A DNA stretch of 20,000 nt from Chiloscyllium plagiosum (Eukaryota): the NCBI RefSeq assembly GCF_004010195.1, contig NC_057749.1, forward strand, positions 8,623,645 through 8,643,644, written 5' to 3'. This document shows positions 9,161-19,138 of the stretch, piece after piece. The position numbers were made by a program, and so were the translations under genes. The notes beneath the pieces are model-generated. The model ran no database searches. It was not told the origin of the DNA and saw nothing but the letters and a program-made list of their open reading frames with translations. Position 1 is the stretch's first letter. The number at the start of each line of letters is the position of its first letter.

Positions 9161-9244
9161 TAGGTAAAAATAAAACCCGATTTCACACAGCAACCTCTTG
9201 ACTTGACTTGAGGGAAACATAGGAATGAACAAAGAGCAAGCATC

Positions 9245-9728
9245 TGTACAGCACAGAAACAGGCCCTTCAGCCCATCAAGCCTGTGTTGACACACAATGC
9301 CTTTTGCTGTCTCTATCCTTGAGTTCCCTGCGATTCGTGTATCTGTCAAGATGCCTCTTAACTCTTGTATCTGCCTCCACCAACTCCTCTGGCAGCACAT
9401 TCCAGGCACTTAGCACCCTCTGTCTCTCACATCACCATTAAACTTACTCCTTTTTACTTTAAACCCATGTTCCTTAGCAATTGCCTTTCCATCCTGGGAA
9501 AAAGACTCCGATGATCCATTCTATCCCCGCCTCTCATAATTTTGTAAGCTTCTATCAGGCTGCCCCTCACCCTTTGACATTCAAATAAAAACAACCCGAG
9601 TTTGTCCAATCTCTCCTTGTAGCTAATATCCTCCAAACCAGGCAGCGTCCTGGCAAACCTTTTCTGTACCCACTCCAAAGTCTCCACATCATTCTGGTAG
9701 TGTGACAACCAGAACTGAACGCAATACT
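9245..9728 (-). mobile_element. CR1/HER1-type LINE ORF2 C-terminus and 3' UTR
   Basis: ORF 9454-9708 reads DVETLEWVQKRFARTLPGLEDISYKERLDKLGLF...RGSLIEAYKIMRG. Confidence 0.92.
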
Positions 9729-10084
9729 ATGTTGCAGATCTGATTAGAAATGCTCTACAAAATAAATTACTTCACCATTAACTAATGGAAATTAATTTTG
9801 AGACCTTGCTGGAGCCTAGATGGTTACCATAGAGACTGTTGATATGAGGCATCAGCTCCGGTACAGAATGTGAGACAGTCTAATGCACTGAAGTAAATGT
9901 AAATCTACTGTCATTTCTGATATCAAAATCTTTCCTGGAAATTCCATAAAGCTGATTTTTTCAAGTAAAGTCTTTTATGCAGAGATTATACATGTTAAAC
10001 TTGGCAAAAAAAAAACTCCAGCATTGAATGAAAACAGGCTTGTCATTTCTGTTGGACTCACTCCACAAGACCACAGAACTTGAG

Positions 10085-10207
10085 TCTAGATCAGAGTGGT
10101 GCTGGAAAAGCACAGTAGTTCAGGCAGCACCCGAGGAGCAGGAAAATCGACGTTTCGGGCAAAAGCCCTTCATCAGGAATACAGGCAGAGAGCCTGAAGG
10201 GTGGAGA
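10085..10207 (-). mobile_element. Penelope-like pLTR fragment (first family)
   Basis: GTGGTGCTGGAAAAGCACAGTAGTTCAGGCAGCA...CGACGTTTCGGGCAAAAGCCCTTCATCAGGAAT. A further decayed fold-back copy follows at ~10210-10358. Confidence 0.85.
10145..10180 (-). ncRNA. Minimal type I hammerhead ribozyme motif (canonical core intact)
   Basis: Reverse strand: attc-CTGATGA-A-GGGC-TTTT-GCCC-GAAA-CGTC-gatt. Predicted cleavage between plus-strand positions 10149 and 10148. Confidence 0.75.
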
Positions 10208-10360
10208 CACAAGCAAAAACAGAAATTGCTGGAGAATGCCTCTTTTATGAGCTTTGGCCTTCAGGATCACTAGACCCAAGTCATCATCTGTTTCTCTCTC
10301 CCCCAATCATGGCAAACTTGCTGAGTTTCTCCAGCAATCAGTTTTTATTTATTTCAAATC

Positions 10361-10885
10361 AGGAGTACTGTGACCAATTCTGGTCACCTAGTTATACAAA
10401 GGATGTTATTAAGTTGGAGAGGGTTCAGAAGAGATTTACTAGAATGTTGCCAGTATGGAAGGTTTGAGTTATAAAGAATAGTTGGATAGGCTGGGACATT
10501 TTTCCCCAGAGTGTAGGAGGTTGAGAGGTGACCTTATAGTAGTTTATAAAATCATGAGGCACATAGATAGGTTTAATAGTAGTTGTCTTTTCTCTAAGAT
10601 GGGGGATGTCAAGACTAGGGGGCACATTTTCAAGGTGACAGGAGAGAGATTTAAAAAAGATACAAGAGGCAAATGTTTTACACAGAGAGTGGTTCATGGG
10701 TGGAATGAATTTCCTGAGGAATTGGTGGATGTAAATACAATTACAATGTTTAAAAGACATTTGGATAAGTACATGAATAGGAAAGGTTTGGAGAGATATG
10801 AGCCAGGAGCAGGCAGGTGGAACTGGTTTATGTTCGGCATGGACTGGTTAGACCAATAGGTCTATTTCCATGCTGTACCACTCTA
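10361..10885 (+). mobile_element. CR1/HER1-type LINE ORF2 C-terminus and 3' UTR
   Basis: EYCDQFWSPSYTKDVIKLERVQKRFTRMLP, a frameshift, then RRLRGDLIVVYKIMR...KTRGHIFKV...FTQRVVHGWNEFPEE. Confidence 0.95.
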
Positions 10886-11389
10886 TCTCCAGCATCCACA
10901 CTTCTTTTTTTTAACAAAACCTCAACCTGCTTGGGCAGGTGAAGAAAAATCAGGGTAAGCTGTTGTGCCACTTAGCGATAACGTGGCCTTATAATTTTCA
11001 AAATCTCAAATGTAAATAATGTTTCCCTGGACAAAATATTGTTTGATGATGGAAGAGCATGGTAAGTGAAAATTAGTGTAAATTAAATATATTATTTGAT
11101 CAATTTAATGCCCCTTTATGATGATGACTATCACCTCTACATACTCTACTGTGGGCAATGGTCTAGCATTTATTGCAGTGTGCATTATATTAATAGCTCT
11201 CTCAATTGAATCAGTTAGCAATTTCCTTTAAATAGAAGATGTTCCAGTTAATTATATCCATACGTTCTGACTGACTGGACACTCAATGATTTAGTGATGA
11301 GAAGTTTGTGTGGGAAATGCTTTTACATGCATACTGTTAAATGAAATCCTGACTGGTTATGTGGCACCGAAATGCCTGTGGATGGTTCC

Positions 11390-11568
11390 TAAAATAACTC
11401 CATAGAGGCCGATATCCCGTAACCAAGTCACCCTTTATTTACACTAATTGCACTGGTTCAGCTCCCTCAGTGACAACTCCAAGAGTGAACAGAACCTCTG
11501 ACCCTCCTGATTACATCTGTCAGCCCAGGCTGCCTGATTGTCAGCTCCAATCAGGGAACTCATATTCT
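11390..11568 (-). mobile_element. Solo-LTR-like fragment
   Basis: AAATAACTCCATAGAGG...CAAGTCACCCTTTATTTACA...AGAGTGAACAGAACCTCTGAC...TCTGTCAGCC is homologous to 16154-17045. AATAAA is present on the minus strand. Confidence 0.6.
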
Positions 11569-11730
11569 CTCCAAACCTTTCCTATTCACGTCGCAGTCCA
11601 AATGTCTTTTTAAATGTTGTAATGGTACTCACATCCACCACTTTCTCAGGAAATTCATTCCACATGCAAACCATTCTCTGTGTAAAAAATTTTGCCCTCA
11701 TGTCTTTTTTAAATCTCTCTCCTCTCACCT
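11569..11730 (-). mobile_element. CR1/HER1-type LINE fragment
   Basis: TCCAAATGTCTTTTTAAATGTTGTAAT...TCTTTTTTAAATCTCTCTCCT matches the reverse complement of 10635-10800. Confidence 0.85.
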
Positions 11731-11935
11731 AGACTATGAGGTCCAGCTATCTGACCTCGTTACAATTACTGCATCTCCTAAACAAGTTCATGTCTTGACA
11801 CACAGTGAGGAGTGCTGGCACATTCCTTCTAAGGCATAAAAACAGACAATGAAAAGGAATTTTGCAGGAGATTCTAATTGTTATTGATTAGCTAACCAGC
11901 ACCAAACAATAATGTGTATTGCCCAATATTGCAGG

Positions 11936-12214
11936 ATGGTACAATATTTTTGATTGAACAATGATAATGCACACAAGGAGTGTGTGCCCTTCAGAAATTA
12001 AACACTCCGATCTCAGCAACATTGCAGAATAAAAGCAAAACACTGCGGATGCTGGAAATCTGAAACAAACACAGAGAATGGTGGAGAAACTCAACAGGGT
12101 CTGGCAGCATCTGTGGATTGAGAGAAACAGAGTTAACGTTTCAAATCTGGCATCAGTCTCCTTCAGAACTAACTGCTCTTCAGAGTCGAAATTCTGAAGA
12201 TGAGTACACTGGAC
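11936..12214. repeat. Left arm of a local inverted duplication (unique flank plus PLE mini-element)
   Basis: Reverse complement of 13143-13424 along its whole length. The paired ORFs 11888-12094(-) and 13236-13451(+) translate almost identically. Confidence 0.92.
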
Positions 12215-12236
12215 TCAAACACAATTCACAAGCTTT

Positions 12237-12400
12237 AGCCAACATTTATCCCTCAGTCAACACTTCAAACAGATTATCTGGTCATTTATCACATTACTGT
12301 CTAGGAGAGTTTGCAGTGCACACATTGGCTGCTACATATGTCACATGACAATGGTGCCTCTATTTCAGAAGCACGTCATCTGCAATAAAATACTTTGAAG
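12237..12400 (+). mobile_element. DeuSINE/SacSINE1-like 3' half
   Basis: GCCAACATTTATCCCTCAGTCAACAC...ACAGATTATCTGGTCATTTATCACATT...TTGGCTGC. Family assignment is from recall. Confidence 0.6.
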
Positions 12401-13067
12401 TCACAAACTCTTCCATAAGACGTAGGTTTAATTTTTTTAACCCTTATTTTAAGTACGATACATTTTTAAGTTTTCAAGCAATCGACCTCGATCAAAGAAT
12501 TAAACATTCGGGCTTTGAGCAAACTTCAGTGTCACTGTCCAAAGCTGACTAACTGCAAGGAATGCCTGAGTGGTGTCAGAAGAATTCCCCTCCATGTCCT
12601 TCCAAGCGTTTCCCTTTCTGTGGCAATTGGTTTCCCCAGTTGAATAGCAATTTCTTACCTTCTGCTTCATTGCAACAAAGGCATGGGTATATAAGATAGT
12701 GGAATTAAATTTTGCTGAGGGAGTCAGTTCCCTTGCCAAACTGCTGAATATTCCTGATTTCTTAACCTGCCACATTCCTTTACATCCCCTTCAGGAAGTC
12801 ACCTTAATAAATTGCATCAGGTTCAATAGAATGACAGTCTGACTGGATTGCAAGTCACCACTGAGTCTTTCATGTGCTGACTTACTAAATCCCAGAGGAT
12901 GACCCTCTTCTGTTTTTGACATGCCTTCTTCCAATTGCCCCCTGTAATTATTTTTAAATGCACGTTTCCATTGCTGTTGCATTCAGGTCTGTTTCTTTGA
13001 TGCTGCTCTTTCTTTGAAGTTATCAATTCAAATTGAAGTGGAGGAGTCAGTGTCAGTAATATGGGGC

Positions 13068-13328
13068 GAACACAGAGAATGCTGTGGAAACTTAGCAGGT
13101 CTGGCAGCTTCCTTGGAGAGAGAAATGGGGTTAACGTTTCACGTCCAGTGTGACTCGTCAGAATTTCAACTCTGAAGAGCAATTAGTCTGAAGAAGACTG
13201 ATGCCAGATTTGAAACGTTAACTCTGTTTCTCTCATTGCACAGATGCTGCCAGACACTGTTGAGATTCTCCAGCATTCTCTGTGTTTGTTTCAGATTTCC
13301 AGCATCTGCAGTGTTTTGCTTTTATTCT
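13068..13328. mobile_element. Penelope-like fold-back mini-element with two opposed hammerhead remnants
   Basis: 13068-13140 mirrors 13212-13290. CTGAAGA...GAAACGTT lies at 13188-13219 (+) and CTGACGA...GAAACGTT at ~13133-13161 (-). Confidence 0.8.
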
Positions 13329-13424
13329 ATAATGTTGCTTAGATGGCCGTGTTCAATTTCTGAAGGACACAAAACTCCTTGTATGCATTATCATTGTTCA
13401 ATCAGAAAATCCAAATTTTACCAT
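13143..13424. repeat. Right arm of the local inverted duplication
   Basis: Reverse complement of 11936-12214, including ~90 bp beyond the element terminus. Confidence 0.92.
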
Positions 13425-13494
13425 GTACCAATAAGGTCAATCTCGTATTAATCTTATGTCTGCAGCTGTGTATTACTGTTCCTCCCAGAGTAAG

Positions 13495-13880
13495 AAAAAG
13501 ATCTTGCATTTGTATAGTGCTTACATCCTAAAGCTATCCATGACCAGTGCAATACTCAAAAATAGTCAGTGTTCTAAAGTAGGAAAGTGTCATGGTCATT
13601 TTTATGCACAATTTTCCAGAAACAGCAATGTCATAAATGGCTACGTCATTTGTTCTTTTCTCAGGTCTAAATGTTAACTCTAGCTATCAAAAATCTGCCT
13701 GTTTTTCCCTGAAAAGAGCCAAGAATTTTCTTACATCTGTCCAAGAGGCCCGTAGTGTCTAGATTTAATGGTACTTCTGAAAGTGGGCACCTCCAGCAGG
13801 ACAGAACTCCATCAGTATGTCTCTGAAGTACTACCTGAAATATCATGTGGGATATCAGTACATGATCTTCTGATGTAGAG
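13495..13880 (-). mobile_element. Old DeuSINE/SacSINE1-like SINE
   Basis: CTTGCATTTGTATAGTGC tail, AAACAGCAATGT, and Deu-domain-like CTGAAAGTGGGCACCTCCAGCAG...ACTCCATCAGTA. Confidence 0.55.
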
Positions 13881-14076
13881 GTGTAGAGGACGTCCTGGAG
13901 AGAGACAGGGGTAAAGAGAATGAGAAAGGGAGGCTTGTTTCCAACTCATACTGACTTTTATTTAACATAAAATGAATAAAACGGAGGAAATTGTACTCCA
14001 TTGTTGCAAAAGATATTATTCTTTCTGCTGGATTTGAAATTAAAACATGTATTGACTTTTTCTAAAGCCTAACTGT

Positions 14077-14331
14077 GGGTGGCACAGGGGTTAGCACTGC
14101 TGCCTCACAGCATCAGGGATCAGGGTTCAATTCCAGCCTTGGGTGACTGTCTGTGTGGAGTTGCATGTTTTCTGTGTCTGTATGGGTTTGCTCTGGTTTC
14201 CCTCCCACAGGCAAAGATATATGTGTTAGGTTGATTGGCCATGGGAAATGCAGGGATATGGGTGGGATGTTCTTCGGGGGTAGTTGGTCTAAACTGAATG
14301 GCCTGCTTCCACAGTGTGTCATTTCTATGAT
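14077..14331 (+). mobile_element. HE1-type SINE
   Basis: GGGTGGCACAGGGGTTAGCACTGCTGCCTCACAGC...GGTTCAATTCC...GGCCTGCTTCCACAGTGT. Confidence 0.9.
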
Positions 14332-14614
14332 TTCAAATATTATTCATAAAACAGCCTGAACATGATTTTGGACGATGCTGCTATTTTTTTCCCATTGCCC
14401 TTAACAAAGAGAATCGTTACCTCAGTTCACTTGACTCAGGCTGAGGCTGTGATTGGAGTGGAACTTATTTCTTAGGACCAGGTCTTACTCAGATAGCCCA
14501 CTGAGTTTCTGCTATGAAGACTGCGAAGGAATCGCTATGTCAGATTTGCAGCATTCCACAACCTGGAACTCAGAAGGAACTGAATGTTCCTGGACAGCAG
14601 ATGAAATCACTGTC

Positions 14615-15030
14615 ACGGAATCACCGAATTGTTACTCTGCAAAAGGAGGCCACTTAACCCATTGTGTCTGTACTGGCTCTCAGGAATGAGCATTTTGCTT
14701 CGTGCAATTCTCCCGCCTCCTCCCTCTAATCCTGCACCTTTTTCTTTTCAATGGACAATCATATTCCCTTTTGGAATGCTTTCCATAAACCTGCCTCCAT
14801 CACAGTGTCAGGCAGTGCATTCCAGGAATTAACCCACTCACTGGCTGACCATGAGGCAGTGAGCGGAAGGTCATTCAGCTTTCTGAGTCTGCTCTGCCAT
14901 TCAATGAGACCCTGGCTGATCTAACAATCCACAATTCCACTTTCCAGTCTTTCCCTATAACCCTTGATTCCCTTCCTAATTAAAAATCTGTCTCAACCTC
15001 AATGACCCAACCTTAACGGCCCTCTATTGA
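14615..15030 (-). mobile_element. Two old CR1-type LINE tail fragments
   Basis: AAGGAGGCCACTTAACCCATTGTGTCTGTACTGGCTCT and TCTGCTCTGCCATTCAATGAGA...GGCTGATCT tail motifs. Diverged. Confidence 0.5.
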
Positions 15031-15120
15031 ACAACGGAGCAGGCGTGAGATGGCCTCCACCCTTTCCTATTTATTACGGTCTTATCTTAAGGAGTGAGTG
15101 GATAGGTGCAGAAGGAACCC

Positions 15121-15212
15121 AGAGAGAGTGAGAGACAGAGAGAGACAGAAAGACAGAGAGAGACAGACAGGGAGAGAGACAGACAGAGAGAGAGAGAAAG
15201 GATAGACAGACA
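15121..15212. repeat. (GA)n/(GACA)n compound microsatellite
   Basis: Direct inspection. Confidence 0.9.
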
Positions 15213-15303
15213 AAGGGATTGTTGATAGTAAGCCAGACAAGAAGAGAAACTTCCCTTGCTGAACTGTGCAACAACTCCTGAGCTAGAAACCTCCTAAATC
15301 TTG

Positions 15304-15504
15304 AGGTAAAAACAATGACTGCAGATGCTGGAAACCAGATTCTGGATTAGTGGTGCTGGAAGAGCACAGCAGTTCAGGCAGCATCCAAGTAGCTTCGAAA
15401 TCGTCGTTTCGGGCAAAAGCCCTTCATCAGGAATAAAGGCAATGAGCCTGGAGCGTGGAGAGATAAGCTAGAGGAGCTTATCTCTCCACGCTTCAGGCTC
15501 ACTG
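15304..15504 (-). mobile_element. Penelope-like pLTR with short terminal fold-back
   Basis: Terminus AGGTAAAAACAATGACTGCAGATGCTGG. Hammerhead at 15399-15434 with GTC changed to GAC. 27-bp hairpin arms at 15443-15469 and 15475-15501. Confidence 0.85.
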
Positions 15505-16284
15505 GATGTAGGATATTTGAGGAATTCTAAAACAGAGGGCTCTCTATCAGATTTGCCCATTTTAGTGGAATGGATACTGCAAGTTTACAAAGATACCTTT
15601 TCAAAATCAACATTATTGTTGGAAGTGGAAATTTAATTAGAATCTATTTTGTAATAACAGGACTCACTACACCAGTGCACTAATATGGATATCTAGCCAG
15701 AAGCAGTATTGCTAATGAGAATAACTCCTGTTTATTACAGTTCATGTTTTGCTTGTCATTTTCAGCAGTGAGCATAATGCAGCTATTACTTTAATGGCTT
15801 TTGTGTTTCTTCTGGCAATGCCCTTTTTTTTTGGTAATTAATTTTCTATTTCCTTTTGCCGTTTAAATGGTGACAGAAGGGAAAAGAGATCAGAGGGCCC
15901 AAACTTGTGAGCCATTACAAGTTGTGAAACAGGTTAACGAGATTATTTTTTAAAAAAATGCAAAACACTGAGGGATAATAGTTAAACATCCCCAGCAGAT
16001 GTCCCCTTCAGAAAGGTTCTGCCTCTCATCAACATCCCATCATTCCTGAACACAAGCTGAGAATAGCTTCCAAAGGAAGCACTTGGGAGCGAGTGGGATT
16101 AATAAAAAAGTTAATAGTTAAATGTTCTTTGTCCAGAGAAATTATTAATGGTGTGAAATAACTGCACAGAGGTTGATATCCCTTCATCAAGTCACCTTTT
16201 ATTTACATGTGCACCATACAGTGGCTGTGGCCAGCCAGCTAGGAATCAGTCCCTGAACTGAGGAGATTATGAATCCTCATTTTA

Positions 16285-16525
16285 TTTTTTTCTCTTTCTG
16301 AAGGAACCACCCGAGTGGCCAGTGACAAGCAGTGCCCTTCTCATCAAAGGGCAATGCTGTGTGATCAAACAGTGAAGGGGAGGGGAGGGATTAAATCAAA
16401 ATAGAGTTGGAGGGGGAAATAATACATTCCACTCGCTGCGGTGCCCACTCTCCCCAAGCAACTCAAGGATGTTGGTGGACACAGCGTGCTCCTTCTCCAT
16501 AGACACCCAGGCTCTAACATCCCCA
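16285..16525 (-). mobile_element. L1/Tx1-clade LINE 3' end, copy 1
   Basis: Minus strand translates approximately as VRAWVSMEKEHAVSTNILELLGE..WAPQRVECIISPSNSILI*, resembling a Tx1-like ORF2 C-terminus. A T-rich tail lies at 16285-16299. Confidence 0.65.
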
Positions 16526-16623
16526 GTTTATCTTTCTTTTCTCTTTTTTTTCTCTTAATGTTGATCCAGCTCCCTCAGAGCCACCTCTCAGAGTGAACAG
16601 AACCTCTGACACTTCTGTTTATC

Positions 16624-16949
16624 TTTTTCTTTCCCCGGCACCCATGTTGTGTGTGTGCAGGTGTGAGACACAGTGAAAGACACAAGGTGCATGAATCTTT
16701 ATTCACTTTCCACCACCAGGAAGAAAAGAAAAAACCCAAGTGGCCAGTGACAAGCAGTGCCCTTCACATCAAAGGGCAATGCTATGTGATCAAACAGTGA
16801 AGGGGAGGACAGGGATTAAATAAAAATAGAATTGGAGGGGAAATAATACACTCCTCTCCCTATGGTGCCCACCTCTCCCTGAACAACTCCAGGGTGTTGG
16901 TGGACACCCGTGCTCCTTCTCCATAGATACCCGGGCTCTAACATCCCCA
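16624..16949 (-). mobile_element. L1/Tx1-clade LINE 3' end, copy 2
   Basis: Direct repeat of copy 1 with a longer 3' UTR. Flanked by CTGTTTATC (16615-16623) and CTGTATATC (16950-16958). Confidence 0.65.
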
Positions 16950-17469
16950 CTGTATATCTGTCAGCCAGGACTCCCTGATTGACCCAAGTTAACAACTTCA
17001 AACAGGAATCTCATAGTCAATAAGATCCACCTGGTTCCAACATGGTGAAATGATGATGATGATTTAAAAGGGATTGAACAAAGCCTTGGGGGAGATGAAG
17101 GAAGATGGATATGTCCTGCTATGGTAATGATTAGCATGCGTCATGCCTGCTGATGTGCGACATACTGGGAATCACGACCCAGCCTATGAAGTTGTAGAAT
17201 ACTCTCTCCTACCCACTTATATTTAGAGTGCAAATAATTTCAAAAAGGATGCTGTTTCGCAGACCTGTTTCATCCTGCATCTTCAGTAACACCTCACAAC
17301 AGGGTTCAGTTCTAAGAGGAATGCAAATGAAACCGTAGAGAGATAATGTGACACCTGTTTCAAATCTTGTGTAGCACCACACGGAAAGCTGCATGGCATT
17401 CCATCTTACATCCAGAATATCGTGGAATGGGAGAAAACACGAGGATGCAAGCATGCTTGCTCATACCGA

Positions 17470-17830
17470 TTGCAAAAGGCTGGAGTTTTTTATTCAGGGC
17501 CAGGAATCTCAGAGCTAACCTGTGAGTGCTCTTTACAGTTACAGAGGAGTTTATCAAGTCAGATGTAAAAGAAGTGCTTTTGCCTCAGGGAAATCCTAAC
17601 GGAGGGATCATCATCAAAAATGAGTCCATTTGGAAACTGAGAAATTCTTGACTAAGAGGGTTGTTCAACTAGTGATTGAATGTGACCATATGAGAGGAAA
17701 AGGAGTAGATGTACTGAAAGGCTTGAGGTGGGGTAGAAGGTATGTTAGGAGATTGGTGTGGCAAAGACTGAGCAAATGATCTGCCTCTGCTGGAGAATGT
17801 ATCTAATTCCATGATCTGCCTGTTTTTTGC
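17470..17830 (+). mobile_element. Very old CR1-type LINE 3' relic
   Basis: GGAAATCCTAACGGAGGGATCAT...GAGAAATTCTTGACTAAGAGGGTTGT resembles the ESRTRGH...RNFFTQRVV coding segment. Confidence 0.4.
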
Positions 17831-17877
17831 ATTCTTGTTGTTGTGATTCATAGAAACATAGAAAGTAGCAACAAGTA

Positions 17878-18806
17878 TTTTGATAAGGCATACCAGCGCA
17901 GGACTTATACAGTTAATGATAGGGCCCTAGGGAGTGTTATCGAACAAAGGGACTGAGGGGCGCAGGTGCATAGTTCCTTGAAAGTAGAGTCGCAGGTAGA
18001 GAGGGTGGTGAAGAAGGTGTTTAGCATTCTTGCCTTTTTTGGTCAGTGCATTGAGGAGAGGAGTTGAAATGTCATCTTTTGGCTGTACAGGCACTGGTGA
18101 GGCCACTTTTAGAATAGCGCATTCAATAATGCCCAGGGATGTGTAGGATAGGTAGGTTAGCCATGGGAAAGTACAGGGCTACATGGAAAGGGTAGGGAGA
18201 TTGGGTCTGTGTGGAATGCTCTTCAGAGGGTTGGTGTGGACTGAAAGGGCCAAATGGCCTGGATCCGCAATGTACGAATTCTATTCTATGAATTCTGGTC
18301 TCCCTGCTATAGGAAAGGTGTTGTTAAACTTGAAAAGGTTCAGAAAAGATTTACAAGAATGTTGGCAGGATTAGTGTGTGTGAAATTTAGAGAGAGGTTG
18401 AATAGGCTGGGACTATTTTTCCTGGAATGTCAGAGACACAAGGATGATCTTATAGAGGTCTATAAAATCATGAGGGGCATGATAGGGTAAATAGACAAGA
18501 TCTTTTTCCAAGGATAGGGGAGTCCAAAACTAGAGGGCATAGGGGTTAAGGTGAGAGGGGAAAGAATTACAAGGAATTGTGGGCAGCTTTTTCCCGCAGA
18601 GGGTAGTACGTGTATGGAATGAGCTGCCAGAGGAATTAGTGGAGGCTGGTACAATTACAACATTTAAAAGGCATCTGGATGCGTGTATGAATAGAAAGGG
18701 CTTAGAGGGATAGGGGCCAAGTGCTGGCAGATTAATTTAGGATGTCTGGACGGCATGGATTGGTTTGGACTGAAAGGTCTGTGTCCATGCTGTGTAGCTC
18801 TATGAC
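17878..18806 (+). mobile_element. CR1/HER1-type LINE 3' portion, interrupted by HE1
   Basis: QVHSSLKVESQVERVVKK... and FWSPCYRKGVVKLEKVQKRFTRMLAGL...DLIEVYKIMRG. Ends GGTCTGTGTCCATGCTGTGTAGCTCTATGAC. Confidence 0.93.
18128..18290 (+). mobile_element. HE1-type SINE 3' part nested in CR1
   Basis: CCAGGGATGTGTAGGATAGG...CTCTTCAGAGGGTTGGTGTGGACT...ATTCTATTCTATG interrupts the LINE at ATTCAAT/AATTCTGGTC. Confidence 0.85.
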
Positions 18807-18990
18807 TAACAGTAGGCCATTCAATCCTTCAAGACATCATCTATCATTGCTATCCCTGTGCCCTGGACATCTTTTGGAGAGACATTGTCAATGAAGGAAT
18901 GCTATAATAGACAAGCTGGAGGTGAGTACAGGTTATTGTGACGGAGAGGATGCCCTGCCAGAGTGGATGCCACCAGATGGGAAATTAACC

Positions 18991-19138
18991 TAGAGTAGTA
19001 CAGCGCAAGAACAGACCCTTCAGCCCACCATATCTGTGCTGACCATGATGATGTTCTAAACTAATTCCATCTATCTGCTCATGGTCCATATCTCTGTATT
19101 CACTGCCTATTCATGTGTCTGTCCAAATGCCTCTTAAA
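18991..19138 (-). mobile_element. CR1-type LINE tail fragment
   Basis: TACAGCGCAAGAACAGACCCTTCAGCCC...TGTCCAAATGCCTCTTAAA. Confidence 0.75.

Larger units (their letters stand above)
16154..17045 (-). mobile_element. Composite solo-LTR-like sequence interrupted twice by Tx1-like fragments
   Basis: Begins TGAAATAACT, so the minus strand ends in CA. Pieces 16154-16284, 16561-16623 and 16950-17045 are homologous to 11390-11568. Confidence 0.6.

Noticed and set aside
11801..11845. CACAGTG heptamer (also at ~14310, 14801 and 16669) and ATGCAAAT octamer at 17321, suggesting an immunoglobulin locus
   Set aside because: There is no correctly spaced nonamer and no V, D or J coding segment.
12500..12982. 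Two in-frame minus-strand ORFs separated by a single TGA (possible selenocysteine or readthrough), with an AGGTAAG donor-like site near 12655-12661
   Set aside because: The peptide is unrecognisable, and I see no SECIS element or clear acceptor. It is consistent with chance.
14453..14689. 78-aa ORF in partly unique sequence
   Set aside because: There is no recognisable domain, its 3' part runs into an old LINE tail, and I found no consistent splice pair.
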